In this document: positions 13,196-21,817 of the stretch, piece by piece
How positions within the stretch are numbered: position 1 is the first letter of the stretch
How the letters are laid out: each line of letters begins with the position of its first letter
DNA from: Escherichia coli
Lineage (GTDB): Bacteria; Pseudomonadota; Gammaproteobacteria; Enterobacterales; Enterobacteriaceae
Length of the DNA stretch: 64,000 nucleotides
NCBI RefSeq assembly: GCF_003991155.1
Contig: NZ_CP031293.1
Strand: one strand, 5' to 3'
Program-made: the position numbers and the translations under genes
Notes under the pieces: generated by a model
What the model saw: the letters and a program-made list of their open reading frames with translations, nothing else
Databases searched by the model: none
Told to the model about the DNA's origin: nothing

Positions 13196-13477
13196 CTACC
13201 TTTGCCTCTTGCCGCCATTTAACCGGAAGGCGTTACCGTTCGGTTGCGCTATCCCCATGCGGTGTTGCGTTTCGGTAACAGCTTTATGCAGGTCGCCAAA
13301 TTCCTCAACCTTCACGGGCGGGCGCTTCACGTTCTCCAGACACGTTTCACGGCGGCGCTTTATCCATTCCCGATCATCGTCCTCGGTGCATAACAGCATG
13401 ACTTCCATCCATCGTGCGGCAGCTCTCCGGTATAGCCCTTTTGACTCCAGCTCTTCAGCTTTCCTGTCCCTTATCAT
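13196..13477 (-). CDS. PerC/Pch-family transcriptional activator-like protein
   Basis: 93 aa with ..ELESKGLYRRAAARWMEVM.. resembling the conserved PerC/Pch core. Confidence 0.55.
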   Translation of the reverse strand: MIRDRKAEELESKGLYRRAAARWMEVMLLCTEDDDREWIKRRRETCLENVKRPPVKVEEFGDLHKAVTETQHRMGIAQPNGNAFRLNGGKRQR

Positions 13478-13506
13478 TTCTGCCTCTCAGATTATATAGA
13501 TAAGCA

Positions 13507-13636
13507 AAAAGGTGTTGGTTCAGTTGGTTCAGTTGGTTCAATTTGTAAAGATCGTTGTTTTTATTGTGTTTTTTCTGAAATGTTGAACCAACATCAACTC
13601 ATTTTGAACCAACACAGCCCAGCTCTGAACCAACAA
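13507..13636. repeat. Iteron cluster A (GTTGGTTCA / TGAACCAAC repeats), left inverted repeat
   Basis: 13507-13550 is the exact reverse complement of 21756-21799; followed by AT-rich stretch and further TGAACCAAC-like repeats. Confidence 0.65.
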
Positions 13637-13748
13637 CACAGCGATAGCTTTGTGATTGGTCCGTTATTTTCTGGCTGATATTTGAGCGTATAACAGTGTT
13701 ATACAGTGGTATACTGTATGGATATTACTCACTGATATGGTCTTTGCA

Positions 13749-14192
13749 ATGAGCAAATCTAATCTGATCGCGTTCCGCATCCCATCTGAATTGCAGGATG
13801 AGTTTAATCGGTCTGTTCTCGCTTCTGGAGGGGATAAAACCTCCTGGCTTGTTGATGCGATTCGCATGAAGCTGGGACAGCCGGAAAAGTCTATTGATTC
13901 ACGAATGCTTGGGCTGGTGGAGCGCATGGAAAAAGCCGCTGCGTCGCTTATTGCCGGAAAGCCGAACATCCCACCAAAGCCATATAACGAAACGGCAGTT
14001 ATAAAGATCATTGCCGATACCATCCAACAGGGATTTGATAATGGGCGTGTGATAGCTGAACGGATCAATGAAGCAGGCTATCAAACAAAAGCTGGTAAAG
14101 CGTGGGATAAAGATATTTACAGCGCGTGGAAGCGTCAGGGAAGCAATGCTGAAAAGTTAAAAGCGGTGATTGATTGTAAGGTCAGCGTATAA
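13749..14192 (+). CDS. Putative ribbon-helix-helix DNA-binding protein
   Basis: N-terminus SKSNLIAFRIPSELQDEFNRSVLASGGDKTSWLVDAIRMKL is RHH-like; preceded by inverted repeat ATACAGT-N5-ACTGTAT at about 13700-13725; start 13737 or 13749. Confidence 0.4.
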   Translation: MSKSNLIAFRIPSELQDEFNRSVLASGGDKTSWLVDAIRMKLGQPEKSIDSRMLGLVERMEKAAASLIAGKPNIPPKPYNETAVIKIIADTIQQGFDNGRVIAERINEAGYQTKAGKAWDKDIYSAWKRQGSNAEKLKAVIDCKVSV

Positions 14193-14271
14193 ACATGAGT
14201 GCCCATTGGAAAGCTGCTTGGGCCAATACCTTTATACACCAGCAGGTGGTGACGATAGGTGAGGATTAGGC

Positions 14272-14493
14272 ATGAAAGGCAGAACGCCACACATTGAACA
14301 TCAAGCCAACCACTTCTCGGATGTTCGCAATGAGATGATTGCCATTCGCGGTGATATGCACGGCTTGGAGCGTCGAATTATTGATAAGATTGATGAAAAT
14401 AGAGATAAGGCCAGTGAAAATCAAAAGTGGATCATCGGCCTGTTGATTTTATCAATTCTTATCCCGCTACTTATCGCATTGGTCACAAAATGA
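14272..14493 (+). CDS. XhlA-like small membrane protein (coiled coil plus C-terminal TM)
   Basis: 73 aa; ..LERRIIDKIDENRDKASENQKWIIGLLILSILIPLLIALVTK matches XhlA/holin-like architecture. Confidence 0.4.
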   Translation: MKGRTPHIEHQANHFSDVRNEMIAIRGDMHGLERRIIDKIDENRDKASENQKWIIGLLILSILIPLLIALVTK

Positions 14494-15036
14494 ATATCCA
14501 ATGTGTATGCTGTCGATGCTACGCGCGCGTACTTGTCGCAAAATATCAGGCAAAGGCCAGATTCAGAAATTCGTGATAACCACCAGCACAACATGAGAGG
14601 TCATGTAACGCGATTTATCACACCAGATACATGTGATTGGTGTACCCGCATAAAACATCGTCATAGCGCGTCCTGTGCGCATATACGCCGATAATCAACA
14701 CATCACCACCACTCTGTCTCATGTAGAGAACAGTTTTATGGTACTCCCCTCCATCGTGCGCGTACTGGTCGGACGTAGTTGCAAAATTTTTTGCAACTGA
14801 TACCCCTCGCGCGCGTACTGGTCACGAAATTGGTGTTTTGCTGTGGCAGTGATATCAGAAAAATCTTCCTGTTTCACATAAAGCGGATATGCGCGTAATG
14901 TAACGGCCCCATCAACTGGGAGCGGATTTGAGCCCGAATGTGTAGGCAATGTCACTTAACGTTTGTCGCATACCTTCCAGAAAAAGCGATTCATGAATAA
15001 TAGGGGCATGAATGCCCGGCGTACCGGGCTTATTAG

Positions 15037-15735
15037 TTAATTTGGTGCTTTAGGGTCAACATTAAAAGTTATATCACCTTCTGTATTTTTCCCGGCATAG
15101 CTAGCGGCTATTCTCGCCAACCCTTTGTAATCAGCAATTCCATCAGACTGTTGCGAGACGACTGAGCTACCAACTTTCCATAACATATTAATCTGCCGAT
15201 TATTGAGATAAGCCTTGGCATCAAACGACTGGAGTATCACCCCTGCGCCGTAGAACGTGTCCGTCACAGTTGTGTTATACGCGCCAGTAATTCCATAAGT
15301 AGGCGTATAAACTGTTGTTGCCGTTCCAGTGGTATTAGCTGTACCGTAGCCACCACCATAACTATTGAACGTGGTGTTCGAGTTTCCGTACGTTGTTGCT
15401 GAGCTCACACCAGTTTGCCCGTATATTGGGATGGTTACATTACGAGTATTTGAAATGGCCCCGCTTCTCAAAAAGTTCAAGAGAATTACCTGGTCAGCCA
15501 ATTTTTCATCTTTAACTTGTGTATATCCTTGGCTTGATAAACTGGCGGCTACTACCGTAGCTATTTGAGTGTATTCAATCTGTTTGGTGTTCCAAAGTTC
15601 TTGGCTTGCGGGGATGATCAAGAACTTCTTACCGACAGATTGCCCGGAAGATAAAGCATTGACCGTTACTAACGGTTTTTGTACGCATCCAGCCAATAAT
15701 GACAGGGATAATATTAAAAGAAGATTTTTAATCAT
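15037..15735 (-). CDS. Lipoprotein, unknown function (Thr/Gly/Tyr-rich)
   Basis: Signal peptide with lipobox LLAGC; 232 aa. Confidence 0.6.
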   Translation of the reverse strand: MIKNLLLILSLSLLAGCVQKPLVTVNALSSGQSVGKKFLIIPASQELWNTKQIEYTQIATVVAASLSSQGYTQVKDEKLADQVILLNFLRSGAISNTRNVTIPIYGQTGVSSATTYGNSNTTFNSYGGGYGTANTTGTATTVYTPTYGITGAYNTTVTDTFYGAGVILQSFDAKAYLNNRQINMLWKVGSSVVSQQSDGIADYKGLARIAASYAGKNTEGDITFNVDPKAPN

Positions 15736-15885
15736 GATAATCTCACCTAAGAATTGCGTGGTTATAAATTATCATCACTGTAAGCGAATGTAAGCCACAG
15801 GCTCGTAATGTGATATGGAATTTTGATAGTTGGCTCAATATCAGTATGCCGTCCTTGGCTATTATGGTTTTGTTAGTTAGAGCGT

Positions 15886-18612
15886 CTATTCCCATTCGCT
15901 AACATCTTTCATGCCACTGAGGGTAGCTACAATCCCGGCCCTTGTCAGTTTCACGAATTCTTCAGCCCCAACGGCATCACGAATTGCTTTCATGGCAATT
16001 TTATTGGCCGAAAATCGTTTCTCTGCTGCGGCGATCGCTGCTGGTGATGCCCCTGCGCGCACTGCTTTTGTAGCTTCCTGAACGGCTTTCTCTATCGCAT
16101 ATCGACCACTTCTTGTCGCCCCAATCTTAGCCACAGCATTTCTTAGCGCGCCACCAGCAACCAAACCACTAATCGAACCAATTACACCACCGCCAAAGCC
16201 TCCAGCGATCGCACCTGACTGTTGAACTCCGTTCATAATCACGCCGACGATCTTTGGAAGGCCTGAATCGAGCGTTTTGAGAGCCTCAGTTGTTCTTCCC
16301 GTGCGCTCTACGTATCGCTGCGGTCTGGTACTGGCTTTAGCGAGTACACCGAACTCTTTCATCATTCTACCGAGATCTGGCGCATGACGACTGATGGCGT
16401 TTACATTCTGCTGGGTCATGAGCTTGGCAAAATACTGGATACCTGACTCTTCACCGATTCCTCCCTTCTCTCCCTGCGCCACAGCATGCTGAAGAATAGA
16501 TGCTATTGCAGGTTGGCGTTCTGCTTCCGGCAGCGCGGAGATAAGACGGTGAAAAGCTCCCGTTCCAGTGTTTGCGGATGCCTTAAGCGTATCGGCACCT
16601 TTTCTTACCATAGCGTCTGATGCGAGATCTCGACCAAAAACAGATTCGGCATTTTGTTTGGCGATAATGTAACTTTTAGAGAGATCGTTAGCTTTCTGCC
16701 ATTCTGTGAGGAAGTTTCCTTTTTCAGCCATGATGCGCATGTCATCAGTGATAGCTCTGCGCATTTCTCCGGCAATCCGGGCGGCATTGGCCTTACCTGC
16801 CCGGGTGTTTGCTTGTTCAGCATCAGCAAACTTAGCACGCCATGCCTTCATCCCGTCGAAGGTTATGCCGCCACCTTGGTTGTTGGCAGCCTGAAACTGT
16901 TTCATCTCCGGGCTGAGTGGAACATTGGCTGCTTTTTCTGCTTGGACGACAGCCATCCCATTACTCATTTTCATCCTTTCGCGTGGCATCGTGCTTCGCA
17001 GTTCTGCCCATGCCATATTCTCTGCTGTTTTCATATCACTGAGGCTCGCGATGATGCGCTCTTTAATTGCTGCGCTTTTTTCTGATGCGCTTCCAGACTC
17101 AGCACCGAAATCAGACAACTGCTTATTCAACTTTGAGGATATTTCATTGAAGGCCGTAAGGTGAGCATCCTGAACATTCCCAGGAGTTGATGCCAGAACA
17201 CCTTCTGCTTGGGCAATTCCACGACTACCTGAGCGCATTCCAGGCGTCAGGGTGTTGATATTAATACCAGTGATTTTCGCCGCCTTAGCGACATCATCTC
17301 TGACGTTTGATGCCTGCGATGCGATATGCTCTCGGCCTACGGCAGAACGCGCTGCTTTCGATACATCATTGGCGGTTTCCAGAGTATTTGCTGCCCCTAA
17401 CACATGGCCTGATTGATTTGTATTACTCCGCAATACATCTCGCATTACGTCACTGGCTGTCTGTCCGCTCTTTATTAAAGCGCGTGCTCCTAGCGATCCT
17501 GCTAGGCCAATACCTGTCTCTTTTGCTAGGTCTTCTGGGCTGATCTGCCCGTTCTTTTGGGCGTTCACCAATGTACCTGGCAGGTTTTCTGCCAACATAC
17601 TAGCCACCTTTGTGGCCGCACGTTCAGCACGTGGAGCGTTGGCAACTGAAGAAGCTGCGGTAGCTGCCTTTCCTGCACCTAATCCTGTAATAAGGTAAGG
17701 TGCTAGCTGCTCACCAGCCTGCGCGTATGGATCTGTAGGTTGGTCTACTGGGCGAAAGACAGGTGATATGGGCGTGTATGTGCCATCACCCACACCAAGC
17801 TTCTGAGCTGCCCATGCTCCGGCTGATTGCGCCGCATTGACTACCCCCACGCCTGCGTCCATTACATCAAACGGTATATTAGCAATCCCTCTGGCCATCT
17901 GCTCTGGCGCAGCTTTCAGTCCTGGCGAAAGATATTCCATCTCAGGATTAAGGTTAGACTTGGCTACTTGCTGCTGCGGTTCCCCGGCATTTTCATCGGC
18001 GAGAAACTGAGCTCTTTTCTGCTCCCATGAACTGGCTGTTGGTAGTCCTGCTTCTATGTTCTTAAATTGCTGACGTTTTGCTTCCCATGCAGAAATATCT
18101 CCCACCTGAGAGATTTCTTTATCAAGCTCTGAGTAGTCAGGCTGCTGAAGATTGCGATGTTGACTGGTTTGTGCAAACTGCAAGATTTCACTGTCATCAG
18201 GGATTATTCCGGCATCTGCAAATTTACTTACGTAATTAGCCGTTTCATCTGGCAGTGTAGATTTACCGTTTCTGACGGCATTAATACGAGCATAGCCAGA
18301 ATTATACCCAGCCAATGCCATACCTATATCACCAAATCGCTTCATTCCTTTATTGAGATGGTTTGCTGCGATATCCATTTGCTTTTCAAATGGCAGTGAG
18401 CGCGGATCTGTTCCACGATAACCAGCATCACTCATTACTGAGGGCATCAGTTGAGCAAATCCTCTAGCTCCTTTCGGTGACTCGGCACTTCCGTTACCAC
18501 TAGATTCATTGCCAACTAATGTTTCCATCGTCCCTGATGGGAAACCATATTTTTCATCGAGATGACGGGAATAGGCTTTCTGTTTTTCTGTCAGTTGTGC
18601 CATCATTGCCAT
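15886..18612 (-). CDS. Large Ala-rich protein with N-terminal lytic transglycosylase (SLT) motif; phage internal virion/ejection protein-like
   Basis: 908 aa; N-terminus contains ESSGNG...GFAQLMPS...AGYNSGYARI (family-1 LT ES / GLMQ / AYNxG motifs); rest is long Ala/Gly-rich. Confidence 0.6.
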   Translation of the reverse strand: MAMMAQLTEKQKAYSRHLDEKYGFPSGTMETLVGNESSGNGSAESPKGARGFAQLMPSVMSDAGYRGTDPRSLPFEKQMDIAANHLNKGMKRFGDIGMALAGYNSGYARINAVRNGKSTLPDETANYVSKFADAGIIPDDSEILQFAQTSQHRNLQQPDYSELDKEISQVGDISAWEAKRQQFKNIEAGLPTASSWEQKRAQFLADENAGEPQQQVAKSNLNPEMEYLSPGLKAAPEQMARGIANIPFDVMDAGVGVVNAAQSAGAWAAQKLGVGDGTYTPISPVFRPVDQPTDPYAQAGEQLAPYLITGLGAGKAATAASSVANAPRAERAATKVASMLAENLPGTLVNAQKNGQISPEDLAKETGIGLAGSLGARALIKSGQTASDVMRDVLRSNTNQSGHVLGAANTLETANDVSKAARSAVGREHIASQASNVRDDVAKAAKITGININTLTPGMRSGSRGIAQAEGVLASTPGNVQDAHLTAFNEISSKLNKQLSDFGAESGSASEKSAAIKERIIASLSDMKTAENMAWAELRSTMPRERMKMSNGMAVVQAEKAANVPLSPEMKQFQAANNQGGGITFDGMKAWRAKFADAEQANTRAGKANAARIAGEMRRAITDDMRIMAEKGNFLTEWQKANDLSKSYIIAKQNAESVFGRDLASDAMVRKGADTLKASANTGTGAFHRLISALPEAERQPAIASILQHAVAQGEKGGIGEESGIQYFAKLMTQQNVNAISRHAPDLGRMMKEFGVLAKASTRPQRYVERTGRTTEALKTLDSGLPKIVGVIMNGVQQSGAIAGGFGGGVIGSISGLVAGGALRNAVAKIGATRSGRYAIEKAVQEATKAVRAGASPAAIAAAEKRFSANKIAMKAIRDAVGAEEFVKLTRAGIVATLSGMKDVSEWE

Positions 18613-19922
18613 CCCTTAAGTTTTGCCTGATAGTAACTTTCCGGCAGATAGCCATGTGCGGTCACATAATCCTTAACCAGTGAAGGATCCTGCAACAGCA
18701 TTTTGGTATCAGTTTCTTCGTCCTTAGATTTGGTTACAGGAATACCGAGCCCGGCAATCTGTCGTTTCTGCATTCGAATAATTACGTCCTGCGCTTTATT
18801 CAACTCTCGCAAAAATGCCTCATTGCTGGTTGCTGACTTAATGCCATTTTGAGATTGCATAAGGGCAGCCCTTTCCCCTTCGGTTGGGTTAGAGCCAAAA
18901 GTCCCTTTGAGGCTAGGCAGAATAACCTTTAGGTTGTATTCATCAGCTTTGGCGCGTAGGCTTCGTGTGTCTTCTGCTACATCAGGAAGGAATCCAAACC
19001 CCAGCGTCAGGGGGTTATAGTTCTGCGAGCGGGTAACGGCCGAAGGATGTTTCCCTACAATTCCCGCCAGTTCATGACCCACTTCAAGCGCAGAGTTCAA
19101 GGAGTCGATGTTACCTACAACAGTATTAATTTTATCGTTCATCTTCTCCACTTTCGCCTGCTGTACCTTGCTCAGTTCAGCATTGAGCTTGTCTCTCTCG
19201 ATGTCATTTTGAGCACGTCCAAGTCGTGCTTTCAGAACCATTTCTCTCGTGCGTAGTTGGTTATCGGATAGGACTTTGAACTGCTCCATATCGAGACGTC
19301 GATTACCCTGTTCCGCATTAACCTGAGCATTATATGCGGATGTATCTGCGTTCTGCTGTGCAATGCTCTGCCCTTGCTGCTTCTCTTGAACACTAAAGTA
19401 ACTATTTGGATCAGCATGGAGGTGGATGAGGTCAGTGATTCTGTTGAATTCCTGTGGGTCATTCTGCCAAGACTGATAAACCTCTTCAGCAGGAAGACCA
19501 AATCGCTGTAATACTGGATTTGCCTGCTGAATGGCCTTCTGCATGGTCAGTGGATCTCCAGTTTGTGACGCAAGACGCAGATTCATGGCAGCGTCAGCGG
19601 TCTGTCGATTTTGCTCAGCATCAATGAATCCCATCTGTTTTTGAGAATCAGCCATAAACTGGGGATACTGGGCCATTAACTTCTGCACGCCAACACGATC
19701 ATTATTAGCTACCGCACTACCCAACCGTGCCTGATATTCTTTTAACTGCTGGGAAATTTGCGCCTGCTGATTAATCTCAGCAACGCCTCTTAGCCCCTGT
19801 AGCGCCATTAAACCTACGTTTGGCTGCTGCTGATACTGCACAGGCTGAGGAACGGAAGAACGAGGAGCATTATCATTTTGCGGTGCCATGCTAGGCAGCC
19901 CGCCAAGTTGCCATGTCGCCAT
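18603..19922 (-). CDS. Gln-rich coiled-coil protein, ejection-protein-like
   Basis: 439 aa; overlaps downstream gene start (operon). Confidence 0.45.
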   Translation of the reverse strand: MATWQLGGLPSMAPQNDNAPRSSVPQPVQYQQQPNVGLMALQGLRGVAEINQQAQISQQLKEYQARLGSAVANNDRVGVQKLMAQYPQFMADSQKQMGFIDAEQNRQTADAAMNLRLASQTGDPLTMQKAIQQANPVLQRFGLPAEEVYQSWQNDPQEFNRITDLIHLHADPNSYFSVQEKQQGQSIAQQNADTSAYNAQVNAEQGNRRLDMEQFKVLSDNQLRTREMVLKARLGRAQNDIERDKLNAELSKVQQAKVEKMNDKINTVVGNIDSLNSALEVGHELAGIVGKHPSAVTRSQNYNPLTLGFGFLPDVAEDTRSLRAKADEYNLKVILPSLKGTFGSNPTEGERAALMQSQNGIKSATSNEAFLRELNKAQDVIIRMQKRQIAGLGIPVTKSKDEETDTKMLLQDPSLVKDYVTAHGYLPESYYQAKLKGWQ

Positions 19923-20599
19923 TAGAATCCAAGCCCCCCAACAAGACCAATAAGCCCACCACCAATAGCGCCGGCCGCAGTTCCTATTCCAGGAACAACG
20001 GAACCAAGTTGCGCACCCGCTAAAGCGCCTGATGCTGCCCCACCAATACCACGCGCAAGACTGGATGGCTGCTGCGCCTGACCTGCACGAATAGCGCCAA
20101 GCCCCTGCAAGAGTTGTCCGGTATTATTGGCGTAGTTTTGCCCTGCCGTTGCCTGCCCTGATGCCGCATTCATCCCGACATTTAGCAGGTTTCCATAATT
20201 TTGCATTTGCCCACTAAGCCAATTGTTATAAAGCATGGGCGCAATGGAAGATAACTGGTTACTGGTAGCTGTTGAGCCAAGCCCCCCGGTAGCTTCTGCT
20301 GAGACAAGGTTCTGATAACGGGCCTGATCTGCCTGTGTTTTATATAAACCAGAACCAAAGAAATCATTCGCGGCTTTATTCTGCCCTTCCAGAGTCATCA
20401 GTCCTTGCAGTTGTTGTAAAGCAGGCAATCCGACTTCTGCATACGGCTTGAGATTATTCATCACCGTATTCCACTGCTCGCGCTGCAAATCAATTGCCTG
20501 CTGCTGGGCCTTCGCCTGAGCTTTAGAGGCACCACCATCACCGCCTTTTTCGTATACGGCACGATTGAGATGTTTATGAGCTATATGGGTAATTAACAT
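19922..20599 (-). CDS. Gly/Ala-rich protein with hydrophobic C-terminus, ejection-protein-like
   Basis: 225 aa; C-terminal GxxxG-rich hydrophobic segment; contiguous with neighbours. Confidence 0.45.
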   Translation of the reverse strand: MLITHIAHKHLNRAVYEKGGDGGASKAQAKAQQQAIDLQREQWNTVMNNLKPYAEVGLPALQQLQGLMTLEGQNKAANDFFGSGLYKTQADQARYQNLVSAEATGGLGSTATSNQLSSIAPMLYNNWLSGQMQNYGNLLNVGMNAASGQATAGQNYANNTGQLLQGLGAIRAGQAQQPSSLARGIGGAASGALAGAQLGSVVPGIGTAAGAIGGGLIGLVGGLGF

Positions 20600-21054
20600 T
20601 CGCTGAATTCCTTATATTGTTGCCGAGTTAACTGATAAAGCGTTACGCCGACGGGTTTACCACATCTGATATAAGCATCATCAAGGTGACCAACACGGGT
20701 AGCGCCAAGCAAACGGATAATTGCCCGTCCATATTTTGTGGTGTCAGGAACCATAGTGATGCTGTTAAGGAATGGTGAGTTTTCGAGAAGCCATTTGCAG
20801 AATAATCGATGCCCTTGCAGTGCATATTCACCACGGAATCCGGGGTCGTACACCGCATGGCATTCAACAACGCTATGCCAGAAGTTACGCACTTCATGAA
20901 CGCCAGCCAGCACTAATCCTTCGTAGATGCCGAGATATACCGCATCAGGCTTGATGTAGTACGTGTGCCCCGGCTCAACAATATTTTCGGTATTGCCTGG
21001 CTCGTTAAGAAAGGCCTGTAATCGCACAGGGTTATCAATAAATTTTAGTTCCAT
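20593..21054 (-). CDS. Hypothetical protein (153 aa), first large gene of the module
   Basis: ORF-track; overlaps next gene start. Confidence 0.4.
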   Translation of the reverse strand: MELKFIDNPVRLQAFLNEPGNTENIVEPGHTYYIKPDAVYLGIYEGLVLAGVHEVRNFWHSVVECHAVYDPGFRGEYALQGHRLFCKWLLENSPFLNSITMVPDTTKYGRAIIRLLGATRVGHLDDAYIRCGKPVGVTLYQLTRQQYKEFSEC

Positions 21055-21070
21055 GCGATGCCATCCATTT

Positions 21071-21232
21071 TCACATACAGCCTGCCAGCGCCTTATCTAT
21101 TAACCCTCGTGCAATTTCATGCAGAGTTGGCGCTACTCCAATTCCTGATTTTTTACGCTGCTCTTCCTGAATTTTCTTTATCGCTTCCATTTGCTTCTCA
21201 CTTATCAATACCGGCTTTACTGAAATAGCCAT
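21071..21232 (-). CDS. Small RHH-like protein (about 53 aa)
   Basis: Internal start MAISVKPVLISEKQMEAIKKIQEE... within the 96-aa track ORF; beta-strand plus two helices pattern. Confidence 0.3.
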   Translation of the reverse strand: MAISVKPVLISEKQMEAIKKIQEEQRKKSGIGVAPTLHEIARGLIDKALAGCM

Positions 21233-21685
21233 AACGCCCCCCTTAGAACTGTATAAAACAACAGTTATTATAGTTTCACAAATCGCAATATTCATCATCG
21301 TAATTGCAAAATATGAAACAAATAGCACAAAAAAATGCCACCGCTCAGTAGCTGGTGGCATCGTTCTGTGTGTCAGGTTTTGACAGGTTTTTTATGGACT
21401 CTAAAAACTATATTTATGGTATCGCATTACTCTTCACGGCAGGTGCTTTTCAGTTCTGCCCTTGCTTCTGGCTCCATTGGTAATTTGATTCGCGATCAGC
21501 TATGCGGATGGTTTGCTGAACAGGCATAACAACTTCTCAGAGGCTGTTTTTTGAACTACGAAAATTTCGTAGTGCTCACTTTCAAAAACGTCACGCCCTT
21601 GTACACAGGATTTTACGAAAGTCTCGTAAAACACTCTCTGATGCCAGCCAGGTGTTGTGCGCATCAATTCAGTCACATTGTGTCG

Positions 21686-21799
21686 GTTCAAAATACCGTG
21701 TTGTTGGTTCAGTGTTGGTTCAATAAAAAGAATAAAATCCTTATAAAACAATACACTTTACAAATTGAACCAACTGAACCAACTGAACCAACACCTTTT
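21686..21799. repeat. Iteron cluster B (TGAACCAAC repeats), right inverted repeat
   Basis: Three tandem 9-mers at 21762-21793; degenerate copies at 21686-21722; immediately 3' of the primase gene. Confidence 0.65.
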
Positions 21800-21817
21800 C
21801 TACGCACATGAAGAAGC

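Noticed and set aside
13507-13636. Tandem short repeats considered as a possible CRISPR array
   Set aside because: Units are 9 bp with no unique spacers and no cas genes; consistent with iterons, not CRISPR
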